DNA of 64,000 nucleotides. It comes from Alphaproteobacteria bacterium. Lineage in GTDB: Bacteria > Pseudomonadota > Alphaproteobacteria > UBA7887. The stretch is from the NCBI GenBank assembly GCA_965216755.1, contig CBDCGL010000011.1, positions 416,001 through 480,000 of the forward strand, read 5' to 3'. This document shows positions 1 through 11,681 of this stretch, in pieces. Numbering within the stretch: position 1 is the stretch's first letter; every line of letters starts with the position of its first letter. The notes below the pieces were generated by a model. It searched no databases. It was not told the DNA's origin and saw nothing but the letters and a program-made list of their open reading frames with translations. The position numbers were made by a program, and so were the translations under genes.

Positions 1-566
1 GCGTGACATGACTCCACATCCTCTTGAAAAAATAGACAATTCAAACTGTGACCCCAACAACGTACATCAGATACCGGGCGCCAATCCATGCCGGTTTGGT
101 ATGCCGATACGCGGCCAATGCGTGGCGCGTGTACTGCCTCGCCTCGCAAGGCTGACGGCGCCCTGGACCGTCCTACTCGCGATTGCAATAAGATTATAGT
201 TAGGCCTCTAAAGATGTTTGGGCGATCTATGCCCTGATGCGCGGCGAGGCCACAGATTGACTGCTGGGCTGGTGATAAGAAATGCGTCGCGCGCGGGCCT
301 TCGGAGGGGCGGCCGTAGGCAGCCTGGTCTTTGGTCAAAGCCCAACTCAAAACAACCCCCAAAATGCCGAGAAAATAGGCGATTTTGGTGGCAAAGCCTG
401 AGCTGCCGGGGTACAAACTGCTTGCGGATTCCTTGGCAAAGCACTTGACCTCTTGGTAACAAGCCGTTCTGTCAAAATAGCGAATCGGACGTTGGCCGGC
501 GGTCGCCGAAAAGCTGCGCTGGGCCAACGTTTTTTCGTGCGCCGTTAAGCAACGAGCCGTGGACAC

Positions 567-3314
567 GTGACTGAATCATCATCCAAACCGATAGATATCG
601 CGCCCATCGGCATCGAGGAGGAGATGAAGCGCTCCTACCTCGACTACGCCATGAGCGTGATCGTCAGCCGCGCCTTACCGGATGTACGCGACGGCCTGAA
701 GCCGGTCCACCGCCGCATTCTGTATGCGATGGAAGAGGGCAATTACGATCCGAACAGGCCATACCGTAAATCAGCGCGCTTGGTCGGCGATGTCATGGGC
801 AAATACCATCCGCATGGCGATTCAGCGATTTACGACGCGCTTGTGCGCATGGCACAGGATTTTTCCATGCGGTTGCCGCTGGTCGACGGGCAGGGCAATT
901 TCGGTTCTATGGACGGCGATCCACCCGCGGCGATGCGCTATACCGAAGTACGCATGGCGTCCGCAGCGAAGACTCTTCTTGAAGATATCGACAAAAACAC
1001 AGTCGATTTCCAAGAGAACTACGACAATACCGATCAAGAACCGTCTGTCCTTCCGGCGCGTTTTCCGAATTTGCTCGTTAACGGCGCCGGCGGAATCGCG
1101 GTTGGTATGGCTACGAACATCCCGCCGCACAATCTGGGCGAGGTGATCGATGCCTGCCTGGCCTTGATTGAAAATCCCGATCTGACGATTACCGAATTGG
1201 TTGAAATTCTGCCGGGACCGGATTTTCCAACAGGTGGGATCATCATGGGCCGGGCCGGCATTCTCGCCGCGTATCACATCGGCCGGGGCTCGATCATGAT
1301 GCGCGGGCGGACGGTTCGCGAAGAACGGAGCCGCGATCGCGAGGCGATCATCGTCACCGAAATTCCGTATCAAGTGAACAAATCGCGGATGGTCGAGCAG
1401 ATCGCCGATGCTGTGCGCGACAAGCGCGTCGAAGGCATCAGCGATTTGCGCGACGAATCCGATCGTGATGGTGTTCGCGTGGTGATCGAGCTCAAGCGCG
1501 ACGCCACATATGACGTCGTCCTCAATCAACTGTATCGATTTTCGTCGCTGCAAATGACGTTTGGTGTCAACGCGCTCGCTTTGAATCATGGTCGCCCTGA
1601 ACAGCTCAATATCAAGGCGATCTTGGAGGCGTTCCTGGCCTTCCGAGAAGAGGTCATTACCCGGCGCACTGCGTTCGAGCTCGCCGAAGCCCGCAAGCGC
1701 GCGCACATTCTGGTCGGTCTTGCGGTGGCGGTCGCGAATATTGACGAGGTGATCGCGCTGATCCGCAAGGCGCCGGACCCCCAGACCGCACGCGAACAGA
1801 TGCTGGTACGAGCTTGGCCCGCGGAGACGGTCGCGCCTTTGATCAAGTTGATCAACGATCCCGAAGGCAAGTTGGAAGAGGACGATACTTACCATATGAC
1901 CGAGGCCCAAGCGCGGGCGATTTTGGATCTGCGCTTGCATCGCTTGACCGCACTCGAACGCGACAAACTCGGCGATGACCTCAAGGCCTTGGTCGCCAAA
2001 ATCATCGACTATTTGGAAATACTGGGCAAACGCGAGCGCCGACTTGAGATCTTGCGTGCGGAGCTTACCGATGTTCGCGAGCGGTTTGCGACACCGCGGC
2101 GGACTGACATTCAAGACGTCGAATTCGAAGCGGATATCGAGGACCTGATCGAACGCGAAGATATGGTTGTGACGGTAACCGGCAATGGTTATGTCAAACG
2201 TGTCCCGCTTTCGACCTATCGTGCGCAACGGCGCGGCGGCAAGGGGCGCGCCGGCATGGCGACGCGCGAAGAGGATTTCGTCTCTCAAGTCTTTATCGTT
2301 AACACGCACACGCCGGTGCTGTTTTTCACCACGGGTGGCATGGCTTATTGTCTCAAAGCGTACAAGCTGCCGCTTGGCACGCCACAGGCGCGCGGCAAAC
2401 CGCTGGTCAATTTGCTACCGTTGGAAGATGGCGAGTCATTGGCGACCATGATGCCGCTGCCGGAGGACGAAGATTCCTGGGGTGATCTGCACGTGATGTT
2501 CGCGACGTCGTCTGGCGACGTGAGGCGCAATTCGCTGAGCGATTTCACCAATATTAAGGCCAACGGCAAGATCGCCATGCGTCTGGAAGATGACAGCGGC
2601 CGCAGCTTCGGCCGCTTGATCGGCGTGCAAACCTGTTCGGAAGACCACGATATTCTGCTGGCGGCGCGTGGTGGCAAATGCATTCGATTTCCGGTTACGG
2701 ATGTTCGTGTATTTTCATCCCGCTATTCGACGGGGGTACGCGGTATCCGATTGGCACGCGGCGACGAAGTGGTCTCCATGTCCGTGCTCAACCACGTCGA
2801 GATCGATCTCGATGAGCGCGACACCTACTTGCGTGCCGCGACGGCTCGGCGGCGCCTTGAATCGGGCGATGAAATTGAGGGCGAAGATGCCGGCTCCACC
2901 GAGTTCGCGGATTCAGAACGCTATGCCAAGCTGGAGGCCCAGGAAGAAGTCATTTTGACCGTGACCGAAAATGGCTTCGGCAAACGCACATCGGCTTACG
3001 AATATCGTGTCGCCGGGCGTGGTGGACAGGGCGTCATTAACATTGAGACCTCTGACCGCAATGGGCCGGTGGTTGCTTCGTTCTCGGTGAACAGGGATGA
3101 TCAGGCGATGTTGGTTACAGATGCCGGGCAATTGATCCGTATTCCCGTGGGCGATATCAGGATTGCCGGACGCAATACCCAGGGTGTAACACTGTTCCGG
3201 ACCGCGAAGGATGAACATGTCGTCTCGGTGACGCGCTTGAGCGAAAGCAACGGCGATCGTCTTGATGACGAAACTGCCACCGACGATGGCGGCAAGGGTG
3301 AAGAAAGTGAGTGA
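567..3314 (+). CDS. gyrA: DNA gyrase subunit A
   Basis: 915 aa; [41 protein letters not shown], catalytic AAMRYTE, GyrA-box QRRGGKG. Confidence 0.99.
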   Translation: MTESSSKPIDIAPIGIEEEMKRSYLDYAMSVIVSRALPDVRDGLKPVHRRILYAMEEGNYDPNRPYRKSARLVGDVMGKYHPHGDSAIYDALVRMAQDFSMRLPLVDGQGNFGSMDGDPPAAMRYTEVRMASAAKTLLEDIDKNTVDFQENYDNTDQEPSVLPARFPNLLVNGAGGIAVGMATNIPPHNLGEVIDACLALIENPDLTITELVEILPGPDFPTGGIIMGRAGILAAYHIGRGSIMMRGRTVREERSRDREAIIVTEIPYQVNKSRMVEQIADAVRDKRVEGISDLRDESDRDGVRVVIELKRDATYDVVLNQLYRFSSLQMTFGVNALALNHGRPEQLNIKAILEAFLAFREEVITRRTAFELAEARKRAHILVGLAVAVANIDEVIALIRKAPDPQTAREQMLVRAWPAETVAPLIKLINDPEGKLEEDDTYHMTEAQARAILDLRLHRLTALERDKLGDDLKALVAKIIDYLEILGKRERRLEILRAELTDVRERFATPRRTDIQDVEFEADIEDLIEREDMVVTVTGNGYVKRVPLSTYRAQRRGGKGRAGMATREEDFVSQVFIVNTHTPVLFFTTGGMAYCLKAYKLPLGTPQARGKPLVNLLPLEDGESLATMMPLPEDEDSWGDLHVMFATSSGDVRRNSLSDFTNIKANGKIAMRLEDDSGRSFGRLIGVQTCSEDHDILLAARGGKCIRFPVTDVRVFSSRYSTGVRGIRLARGDEVVSMSVLNHVEIDLDERDTYLRAATARRRLESGDEIEGEDAGSTEFADSERYAKLEAQEEVILTVTENGFGKRTSAYEYRVAGRGGQGVINIETSDRNGPVVASFSVNRDDQAMLVTDAGQLIRIPVGDIRIAGRNTQGVTLFRTAKDEHVVSVTRLSESNGDRLDDETATDDGGKGEESE

Positions 3315-3834
3315 CTCGATTGTCGGCGTCTATCCCGGCACGTTTGATCCGCCGACATACGGCCATTTTGATATTGTCACCCGCGCGTTGCGGGTCGTTG
3401 ACCGGCTTGTCATCGGCATTGCCATCAACGCCGGAAAAGGCCCGATGTTTTCGATCGAGGAACGTGTCAGCCTGGTCGAAGACGCGTTGCGCGACATGGA
3501 CCACGGTATTGCCGAAAAGATATCAATCAAACCGTTTGACAACTTGCTGATGCATTTCACGTTGGCGTGTAACGCCAACGTGATCGTGCGCGGTCTGCGG
3601 GCGGTTTCCGATTTTGAGTACGAGTTCCAAATGGCCGGCATGAATGCCAGGTTGGAGCCCGATGTCGAGACATTGTTTTTGATGGCGTCGGAACGGACCC
3701 AGTTCATTTCGTCCCGGCTGGTCAAGGAAATCTGCATGCTTGGCGGAGATGTCTCGACGTTTGTGCCGCCAAATGTTTTGCGCAGCCTATTGGAGAAACG
3801 TGCGCAGGCCGCAGGCGGCGCTGGCACCGCGTAA
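3307..3834 (+). CDS. coaD: Pantetheine-phosphate adenylyltransferase
   Basis: [41 protein letters not shown]; GTG start at 3307 overlaps the gyrA stop. Confidence 0.97.
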   Translation: MSDSIVGVYPGTFDPPTYGHFDIVTRALRVVDRLVIGIAINAGKGPMFSIEERVSLVEDALRDMDHGIAEKISIKPFDNLLMHFTLACNANVIVRGLRAVSDFEYEFQMAGMNARLEPDVETLFLMASERTQFISSRLVKEICMLGGDVSTFVPPNVLRSLLEKRAQAAGGAGTA

Positions 3835-3912
3835 CGGCATTCACACGCCGCAATCTGATGGGTCGCACATCTGCGCAACACCATCGATCCGCTCAACCCA
3901 GGGAGACGCTTG

Positions 3913-4461
3913 ATGAATCCGACTCTCAGTAAGCTACTCATTGCAGCGGCCGTCATCGGCGCGGGCCTGTCGGCCGCCGAGGCAGGCGACCCGGAAAATA
4001 CGCTATATTTGGAGCTCGATGGTGGTCGGGTCGTGATTGAGATGAAGCCGGAATTGGCACCCAATCATGTCGCCCGCATCAAAGAGCTGGTGCGCGATGG
4101 CTTCTACGACGGTTTGGTGTTTCACCGGGTGATCGACGGTTTCATGGCCCAGACCGGCGATCCGCTCGGCAATGGCACGGGTGGTTCCGGCCAGAATATC
4201 AGTGCTGAGTTTTCCGACTATAATCATGTGCGCGGCACTGTCTCCATGGCGCGCGCACAAAGCCCGAACAGCGCCGACAGTCAGTTCTTTATTTGCTTTG
4301 AGGAATCCCCCTGGTTGGATGGCCAATACACGGTTTGGGGGCAGGTGGTTGAAGGCATGGAACATGTCGATGCCATCAAACGCGGCGATGGCAACCGCAA
4401 CGGCGTGGTTACCGATCCGGACCGGATCATGTCGCTCAAAGTTGCGGCAGATGTCGATTAA
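3913..4461 (+). CDS. Cyclophilin-type peptidyl-prolyl isomerase with signal peptide
   Basis: FYDGLVFHRVIDGFMAQTGDP, SMARA, SADSQFFI, WLDGQYTVWGQV; hydrophobic N-terminus. Confidence 0.95.
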   Translation: MNPTLSKLLIAAAVIGAGLSAAEAGDPENTLYLELDGGRVVIEMKPELAPNHVARIKELVRDGFYDGLVFHRVIDGFMAQTGDPLGNGTGGSGQNISAEFSDYNHVRGTVSMARAQSPNSADSQFFICFEESPWLDGQYTVWGQVVEGMEHVDAIKRGDGNRNGVVTDPDRIMSLKVAADVD

Positions 4462-4510
4462 GCGCGCCGTATCCTAGCGCGCCGTGCACGCAGCTTGAGT
4501 GTGCCTGGGC

Positions 4511-6666
<2,156 letters not shown>

Positions 6667-6683
6667 GCGCGAAGACGGCCCTA

Positions 6684-6712
6684 TTGACCCGATAACGCGT
6701 GGTCCGTATGGT
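6684..6712 (+). promoter_or_regulatory. Sigma70-type promoter for tRNA-Lys
   Basis: TTGACC (6684-6689), 17-bp spacer, TATGGT (6707-6712), followed by a GC-rich discriminator CCGCGC as is typical of stable-RNA promoters. Confidence 0.7.
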
Positions 6713-6763
6713 CCGCGCAATGGGGATTTGCGGGGCGGCCCTGTCCCGCCCCACGCCACTTCC

Positions 6764-6838
6764 GGGCCCGTAGTTCAGTGGTAGAACACGTGACTTTTAA
6801 TCACGGTGTCGGAGGTTCGATTCCTCCCGGGCCTACCA
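6764..6838 (+). tRNA. tRNA-Lys (anticodon UUU)
   Basis: Acceptor GGGCCCG/CGGGCCT, D-arm GTTC-AGTGGTA-GAAC, anticodon arm CGTGA-CTTTTAA-TCACG, T-loop GGTTCGATTCC, encoded A-CCA end. Confidence 0.97.
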
Positions 6839-6847
6839 AGTCGACCG

Positions 6848-8144
6848 GGTCCAGCCCGGAGACATAGGTAACAGTTTGTACCTAGGACATGGGTGACAAC
6901 CACGCGCCGAACGGGTTGTCGAGGGGTTGCAGGGTTCTCTGTTCAAGATCGACGTAACCGAGATCATAGTGCATGAAGCTGACGAGCCAAATGGCGTCGT
7001 CAACTTCCTTGATGCCGAGCCTTTGCCCCGCGAGCACGGTTGAGACATTGATTTTTTTGCGGTGCAAGCAGATGCGGCCGCAATTGGTAACCAGGATGTC
7101 GCGATCGTGAAAGGGGTAGGCGAGCTCTGGGACGCCGGTATAGGGCCGGGTTGAGGGTTTGTAGACCTCGTCTGGTGGTTTCATGTCCAGGGCCTGGTGG
7201 GGTCGTTCCGTGTTGAATTCGTCAACGAAGGCATCGAAGCGTGCTTGCTGCTGCAGGCTGTTCATGCCGGGCGGCCGTGTGGCTTCCTTTTTCAAAGTAA
7301 GGTGGAGGCGCTCGTGTCGGCCATTTTCTTGGGGATGGCCTGGTTTGATGCGCTCGATCTGAATGCCGAGGCGTAGCCACCAGACGGAGAGCTTGGAGAG
7401 ATTGAACAAGCCGTTGGGGCTGGCGAAGGGTACGCCATTGTCCGATCTGATGGCGGCGGGCAGGCCACGTTCAGCAAACAGGCGTTCGAAGGCGGTGAGA
7501 GTGAGATCTTGCTTTGTCGACTCGAGAGCTTCGCACATCAGGACGAAGCGCGAGGCATGGTCGGTAACGGTCAAGGGGTAACAATACCGCCGGTTGCCGA
7601 GTCTGAACTCGCCTTTGAAGTCGGTGCACCACAAATCATTGGGTGCGGTGCCAGCGGACAGGGGTGTGCCTTTGGCTCTTCGGCGGGGCCGGCCTTTGCG
7701 TTTGACCAGGCCGTGCCGGTCGAGGACGGCATGAACGGTACTTTGGGCTGGGATGCGGACATCCCCGGCCAGGCGGCGGACGAGCAGCTCACGGATCTTG
7801 CGTGCGCCCCAATGGGGTTTCTCCTTTTTGAAGCGGATGATCAGGCTTTCGACCTGTGCCGGCAATTGGTTGGCATAGCGAACCGGCCGGCGGGAGCGGT
7901 CGCAGAGGGCTTCGAGCCCGTGCTCCTTGTAGCGATTGTAGATTTTGTAGCCTGTCTTGCGCGAGATACCGAACTGACGGCAGACATCGCTCATTGGCTC
8001 GCCCTCTAACAGGCGGGCGACAAAACGTAGACGTTCTTCCATGACCGAACTCTCTTTCCACGGCATCAACACCTCCGGCCCCACGAATTCGGCCAAAAGT
8101 GTTACCCATGTGTCCGGTACAAAACGTCACCTATCTCTCAGGTC
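6848..8144 (-). mobile_element. IS481-family element
   Basis: Imperfect ~50-bp terminal IRs containing ATAGGTAACA/ACATGGGTGACA sub-repeats; flanked by AGTCGACCG at 6839-6847 and 8145-8153. Exact ends uncertain by a few bp. Confidence 0.8.
6882..8066 (-). CDS. IS481-family transposase
   Basis: MPWKESSVMEERLRFV, HTH CRQFGISRKTGYK, DDE core WCTDFKG...IRSDNG...QENGRHER. Confidence 0.93.
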   Translation of the reverse strand: MPWKESSVMEERLRFVARLLEGEPMSDVCRQFGISRKTGYKIYNRYKEHGLEALCDRSRRPVRYANQLPAQVESLIIRFKKEKPHWGARKIRELLVRRLAGDVRIPAQSTVHAVLDRHGLVKRKGRPRRRAKGTPLSAGTAPNDLWCTDFKGEFRLGNRRYCYPLTVTDHASRFVLMCEALESTKQDLTLTAFERLFAERGLPAAIRSDNGVPFASPNGLFNLSKLSVWWLRLGIQIERIKPGHPQENGRHERLHLTLKKEATRPPGMNSLQQQARFDAFVDEFNTERPHQALDMKPPDEVYKPSTRPYTGVPELAYPFHDRDILVTNCGRICLHRKKINVSTVLAGQRLGIKEVDDAIWLVSFMHYDLGYVDLEQRTLQPLDNPFGAWLSPMS

Positions 8145-8157
8145 AGTCGACCGTGAA

Positions 8158-9501
8158 CTAAGCGAATTGGTGTGCGTTTCTGACGCAGGTGAGTGTCCAA
8201 AGTTGGAGCACAGGAAGCCTGATCCAATTCAAGATCAGGCGGAAGTTGTATCCGGCAGCAGCAAGAACTGGATTGATTGCGTCGCCCTGTTTGTGGGCGA
8301 GATAGTTTGTATTCATGGGGTGGCCGGACTTGAGATGACCGATGACGGGTTCGACGGCCGAACGTCGTTTCATCTGACGTTTGATGGCGGCTGTGACGCG
8401 GCGTTTTTGTCCGGCGGTGAAGACGCGGAACCTGTGGCTGTTGGGCGCATTGTGGCCCTTGTAGCCGGCATCGGTAAGGATACGCGTGAGCGTGACGCCG
8501 GTGAACGCTTCGATCCGGGGAATGACGGTCCCAAGGGTGTGCCCATCATAGGGCCGGCCCGACAGGGCTTGGACGTGGACAACAAACTGGCCGCCCTTTG
8601 ACCGCTTGAGGGTGGTGGCGACCGAAGCCTTGACGCCGAACTCATAAGGTTTGTGGGCTTTGCCTTTGCCAATGCACTCCACCTCCGGCGCGTGCAGGGC
8701 ATAAACCTTGGGCAACGGATCGCGTTGCTTCTGGGTCATCACCCGTGTCGCCAACCATAGGGGTCGTCGGAAGGCGTCTTCCAGATCTGGGTTGCCTTTG
8801 ATCTTGCGCCCAATGTCGCGCACCGTTCGGCCAAGATAGGTCTTCAGGCGGCGCAGCTGCTTGCGCGCCCGCTTGTGTTGTTTGGCGTGGGCATAACGCT
8901 GATAGGCAATTAGCGCCTTCTTGCCAACACGCCGATAGGATTGGCGTAACGCAATGCCTTCCGCTTTGGCTTGTTTGACCAGCCGTTCGCGGGCGCGATG
9001 GATCAGCTTGGCGTCAGTCGGAAACGCGATGTTCTTCTCGGCAACTGTTGTATCGATAATCACTTTCGTAAATTCGCGAGGCGTCGCTGCGCCGATGTCC
9101 ACAGCCACCGAAAGGCTTTCCTGCAACAAAGCCTGAAGCCGCTCCTCACCCATGCGTTGCCGCCAACGTGTCATCGAAGAGCGATCCAGCGGTAGTTCAT
9201 GACGGAAGAATTCTTCGCCACAAAAATATTGATAATACGGGTTCTCCACCCAGCGCCGGCAAAGCTCTTCATCCGACAGGTTGTCGGCATATTTCAAGAT
9301 GTGGAGACCGGCCATCAACCGCGTTGAAAGCGGCGGGTAACCCGGACCGTCGATGTAAACCGCGCCGCACTGATCGGCCAAAAACTGCCAATCAATCGTG
9401 TCCGCCAAAACCACCTTCTCGTGGCCCATGTCCAAGATTTGATCCAGCCGCGCCCGAAAAAAATCGCTCTGCCCCGTGGTCTCTGGCTCTCTTGGTTTCA
9501 T
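8158..9501 (-). CDS. IS5-family transposase (DUF772 + DDE)
   Basis: DFFRARLDQIL, WVENPYYQYFCGE, IDTTV, ECIGKGKAHKPYEFGVK, DAGYKG, RRSAVEPVIGHLK. Confidence 0.93.
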   Translation of the reverse strand: MKPREPETTGQSDFFRARLDQILDMGHEKVVLADTIDWQFLADQCGAVYIDGPGYPPLSTRLMAGLHILKYADNLSDEELCRRWVENPYYQYFCGEEFFRHELPLDRSSMTRWRQRMGEERLQALLQESLSVAVDIGAATPREFTKVIIDTTVAEKNIAFPTDAKLIHRARERLVKQAKAEGIALRQSYRRVGKKALIAYQRYAHAKQHKRARKQLRRLKTYLGRTVRDIGRKIKGNPDLEDAFRRPLWLATRVMTQKQRDPLPKVYALHAPEVECIGKGKAHKPYEFGVKASVATTLKRSKGGQFVVHVQALSGRPYDGHTLGTVIPRIEAFTGVTLTRILTDAGYKGHNAPNSHRFRVFTAGQKRRVTAAIKRQMKRRSAVEPVIGHLKSGHPMNTNYLAHKQGDAINPVLAAAGYNFRLILNWIRLPVLQLWTLTCVRNAHQFA

Positions 9502-9661
9502 CGTGCCCTCATCGCCATTTGGCACAATGAATCACAGCTCAACCGCCAACGCAAATTGCAAGAAATCGGTCTTCATACACCCAAAATCCTGCAAGTCTGA
9601 CTATTGTCGCAGCGCTTACTTCGTCTCTAATTCAGACCGTTACAGATACTTCACGGACGAC

Positions 9662-9733
9662 TACCAATGAAAACAATGACTTATGGGACGATGTGGGTGG
9701 GGCGTTAGCCCCGCTGGTCGCATACTGGTCGCA
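9662..9733 (+). repeat. att-like scar of an integrative element: continuation of the tRNA end plus tandem 9-bp direct repeats
   Basis: TACCAATGAAAACAATGACTTA follows the duplicated tRNA end; CTGGTCGCA at 9714-9722 and 9725-9733 (11-bp period) resembles integrase arm sites. Confidence 0.5.
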
Positions 9734-9742
9734 AAATTTTTT

Positions 9743-10355
9743 TCACTCTTCTGGCGGGCAGGGTGCGATATCGATTTTTCCCCGTGAATAGGGCCACAGC
9801 ACTTCACAGAGCTTTTCGATCCTCTTGGCGGCCTTTGCTCCTTCTTCTATAAACCAACGGTCAGCACGGTCATCGCGCTGGCGATGTCCCTCGGCGGTTG
9901 CTCCAAGCCACTGTAATTTCTCTATTAGTTGGGAAATAGTCTCAGCGGTTTCTTGATCCGCATACTCAACACATTCTCTGAACACGCCGATAGCCTCAGG
10001 GGAAAATGGCCGCAGCCGAGATTTAAGATCATGGAACGCACCAAAGGCCTCTAAAGCGGCGTCTGTGTAGTCCGTGGTCTGGTCCATCGCAAGCGGCATC
10101 AACGCTCGAGCTGCTCGATTTTTCGCGCGCCGGATATTTTTTGAAATGCGTTGCTCGCTGGTGAATTTGGCATATTAGGACGATGATCGTAATGATCGCG
10201 GCGAAAAGGGCCAGAATGCCCGCAACTAGCGTCTGGTAGCTGTAGAAGCACTGCCACGAGAGCAACGATTCGCAAACCCACTCAACGGACTCTGGGGCTG
10301 CGTCAGCGGTTTTGACGAGTCCCGCGGAAGATGCTGAGGAATCAACCATCATCAC
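9743..10355 (-). pseudogene. Single-TM hypothetical protein split by a 1-nt frameshift
   Basis: Frame 1 YQTLVAGILALFAAIITIIVL (TM) joins frame 2 KNIRRAKNRAARALMPLAMDQ if one base is removed from the A6 run at 10137-10142. Confidence 0.6.
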
Positions 10356-10558
10356 TTATCCCTCCATCGACTCACCCTCGGGTCGTCGTCCGGCAACAGC
10401 TGACTCAACCGCAACGCCTTAACTGCGGCGTTAGCCAGGGACATGAAGTTCCTGTCTCGATACTCCGGATTCTTCTCGCGGGCCAGCGCGCGGATAAGCT
10501 GGCCCTTTCGCTTCAGGGCCGTTGATATCGCTAAGGCGATGTCCTCGTCATAGGTCAT
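10352..10558 (-). CDS. Small hypothetical protein (68 aa), paralog A
   Basis: MTYDEDIALAISTALKRK...; 33/59 identity by hand with 11443-11622; its stop overlaps the next gene start. Confidence 0.75.
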   Translation of the reverse strand: MTYDEDIALAISTALKRKGQLIRALAREKNPEYRDRNFMSLANAAVKALRLSQLLPDDDPRVSRWRDK

Positions 10559-10577
10559 GGCGGCAATCATAATACGA

Positions 10578-10592
10578 GAACAAAACGAGTAC
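10578..10592 (-). promoter_or_regulatory. Alphaproteobacterial LexA (SOS) box
   Basis: GAAC-AAAACGA-GTAC (GAAC-N7-GTAC) about 20 bp upstream of the paralog A ATG, next to a TATGAT -10-like hexamer on the minus strand. Confidence 0.65.
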
Positions 10593-10605
10593 AAACGTTA
10601 CAACT

Positions 10606-11349
10606 TCATGGTGCTGTTTGGAGCCTTGCAGCGTCCACCTGATAGAGAAGCTCATCGATAAAACCGCAGATTTTAAGAGCCCGCGTTCGCGATAGATCCG
10701 ATAAATGGTGGTGAACCGGATTTCGGTACGACTGCATTATTCCTCGGATCGAATTGGCCAATCCCGCTTGTATGCTCGGATCCGTATCCAGAACTAGAAT
10801 CGATTTTTTGGGGTCGGACTTAATAACCCGATTGACAAGGTCTGCGCCGGCCACGTTCCGATCTTGAAACGCCGACTTCCGCCGGATTCGGTCTTCAAGT
10901 ACTACTGTTGCTTCGCGGACCGCTCGGTCAAATTTATCAGGGGCGGAAAGCAGATCCGAACACCTTTCTCGCATATCGGGGTCAGTCAAAGCATTATACA
11001 AAGCACCAATCCGCGCGACTGACTCTCCTGCAAAATGCACTTTTTCTAGATACGACAAAAGCTGCGATAGCTTTGCTCTGAGTTCGTTCGCAACCGTATC
11101 CGTCGTTCGCCGGTCGCGATCCCTGTAGAATCCGTTTTCGTCCAATCTGAACGTGCCCGTATCTTCGCCAAGCACGTCGGCGAGTTTCCCTACAATCTCG
11201 TTGTAGTCGGTGCCAAGTGATAGCGGCACTAGATGAAGTGACACAATTAGCGCATCGCGAATCCCAGTCAGTCTTGCGTAAAGACCGGATAGTAATTTCC
11301 TGTCAATTGTCGAATGGTTGTCGACTGCAGCATCGGCATCGGTAACCAC
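10606..11349 (-). CDS. TIGR02391 / Ymh-family (HEPN-like) protein
   Basis: C-terminal FDRAVREATVVLEDRIR...GADLV...GIMQSYRNPVHH, which has an RxxxxH motif; unrecognised N-terminal domain. Confidence 0.75.
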   Translation of the reverse strand: MVTDADAAVDNHSTIDRKLLSGLYARLTGIRDALIVSLHLVPLSLGTDYNEIVGKLADVLGEDTGTFRLDENGFYRDRDRRTTDTVANELRAKLSQLLSYLEKVHFAGESVARIGALYNALTDPDMRERCSDLLSAPDKFDRAVREATVVLEDRIRRKSAFQDRNVAGADLVNRVIKSDPKKSILVLDTDPSIQAGLANSIRGIMQSYRNPVHHHLSDLSRTRALKICGFIDELLYQVDAARLQTAP

Positions 11350-11442
11350 GGCAGCCCCCGGATGGCGTCTGATTTCTCGCTACTAGGTGGTTATAACAAG
11401 AAGGCTCATCAAACAAACATGTCGCGGCAAGAATTCCGCTTT

Positions 11443-11622
11443 TCAACAATCGTCAGGCGGCAGACTACTCTCACGCAAAGATTGAGCAACCACCTCGGCC
11501 AGGAACTTGAAGCTGCGGTCCCGATGCTCCGGCGTCTTCTGCCGAACGAGCGCGCGCATGGATTTGGATTGACGCTTCAACGTGGTCGATATGGCCAGAA
11601 TAAGGCTCTCGTCGTAGGTCAT
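11443..11622 (-). CDS. Small hypothetical protein (59 aa), paralog B
   Basis: MTYDESLILAISTTLKRQ...PEHRDRSF...PDDC; clear paralog of 10352-10558. Confidence 0.7.
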   Translation of the reverse strand: MTYDESLILAISTTLKRQSKSMRALVRQKTPEHRDRSFKFLAEVVAQSLRESSLPPDDC

Positions 11623-11641
11623 GGCGAGTACCGTAGTATGA

Positions 11642-11656
11642 GCACAAAAAGAGAAC
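11642..11656 (-). promoter_or_regulatory. Alphaproteobacterial LexA (SOS) box, one mismatch
   Basis: Minus strand GTTC-TCTTTTT-GTGC, at the same distance from the paralog B ATG as the first box is from paralog A. Confidence 0.55.
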
Positions 11657-11681
11657 AAAGTCTGCGAGGACTTTGCTGAAA

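Larger units (their letters stand above)
6840..9661 (-). mobile_element. IS5-family element (IS1478-like) inserted at the tRNA 3' end and itself interrupted by IS481
   Basis: Terminal IRs GTCGACCGTGAA (8146-8157; its first 8 bp also at 6840-6847) and TTCACGGACGAC (9650-9661); TACCAA direct repeat at 6834-6839 and 9662-9667. Confidence 0.75.

Noticed and set aside
1-25. Possible start of a divergent gene (minus-strand ATG at 9 with a GAGG RBS)
   Set aside because: Only three codons lie in the window, so it cannot be identified.
822-2309. Long antisense ORFs (also 4436-5626, 37991-38830, 63090-63956)
   Set aside because: Shadow ORFs opposite confident genes in GC-rich DNA; 63090-63956 is antisense to the NarG-like gene.
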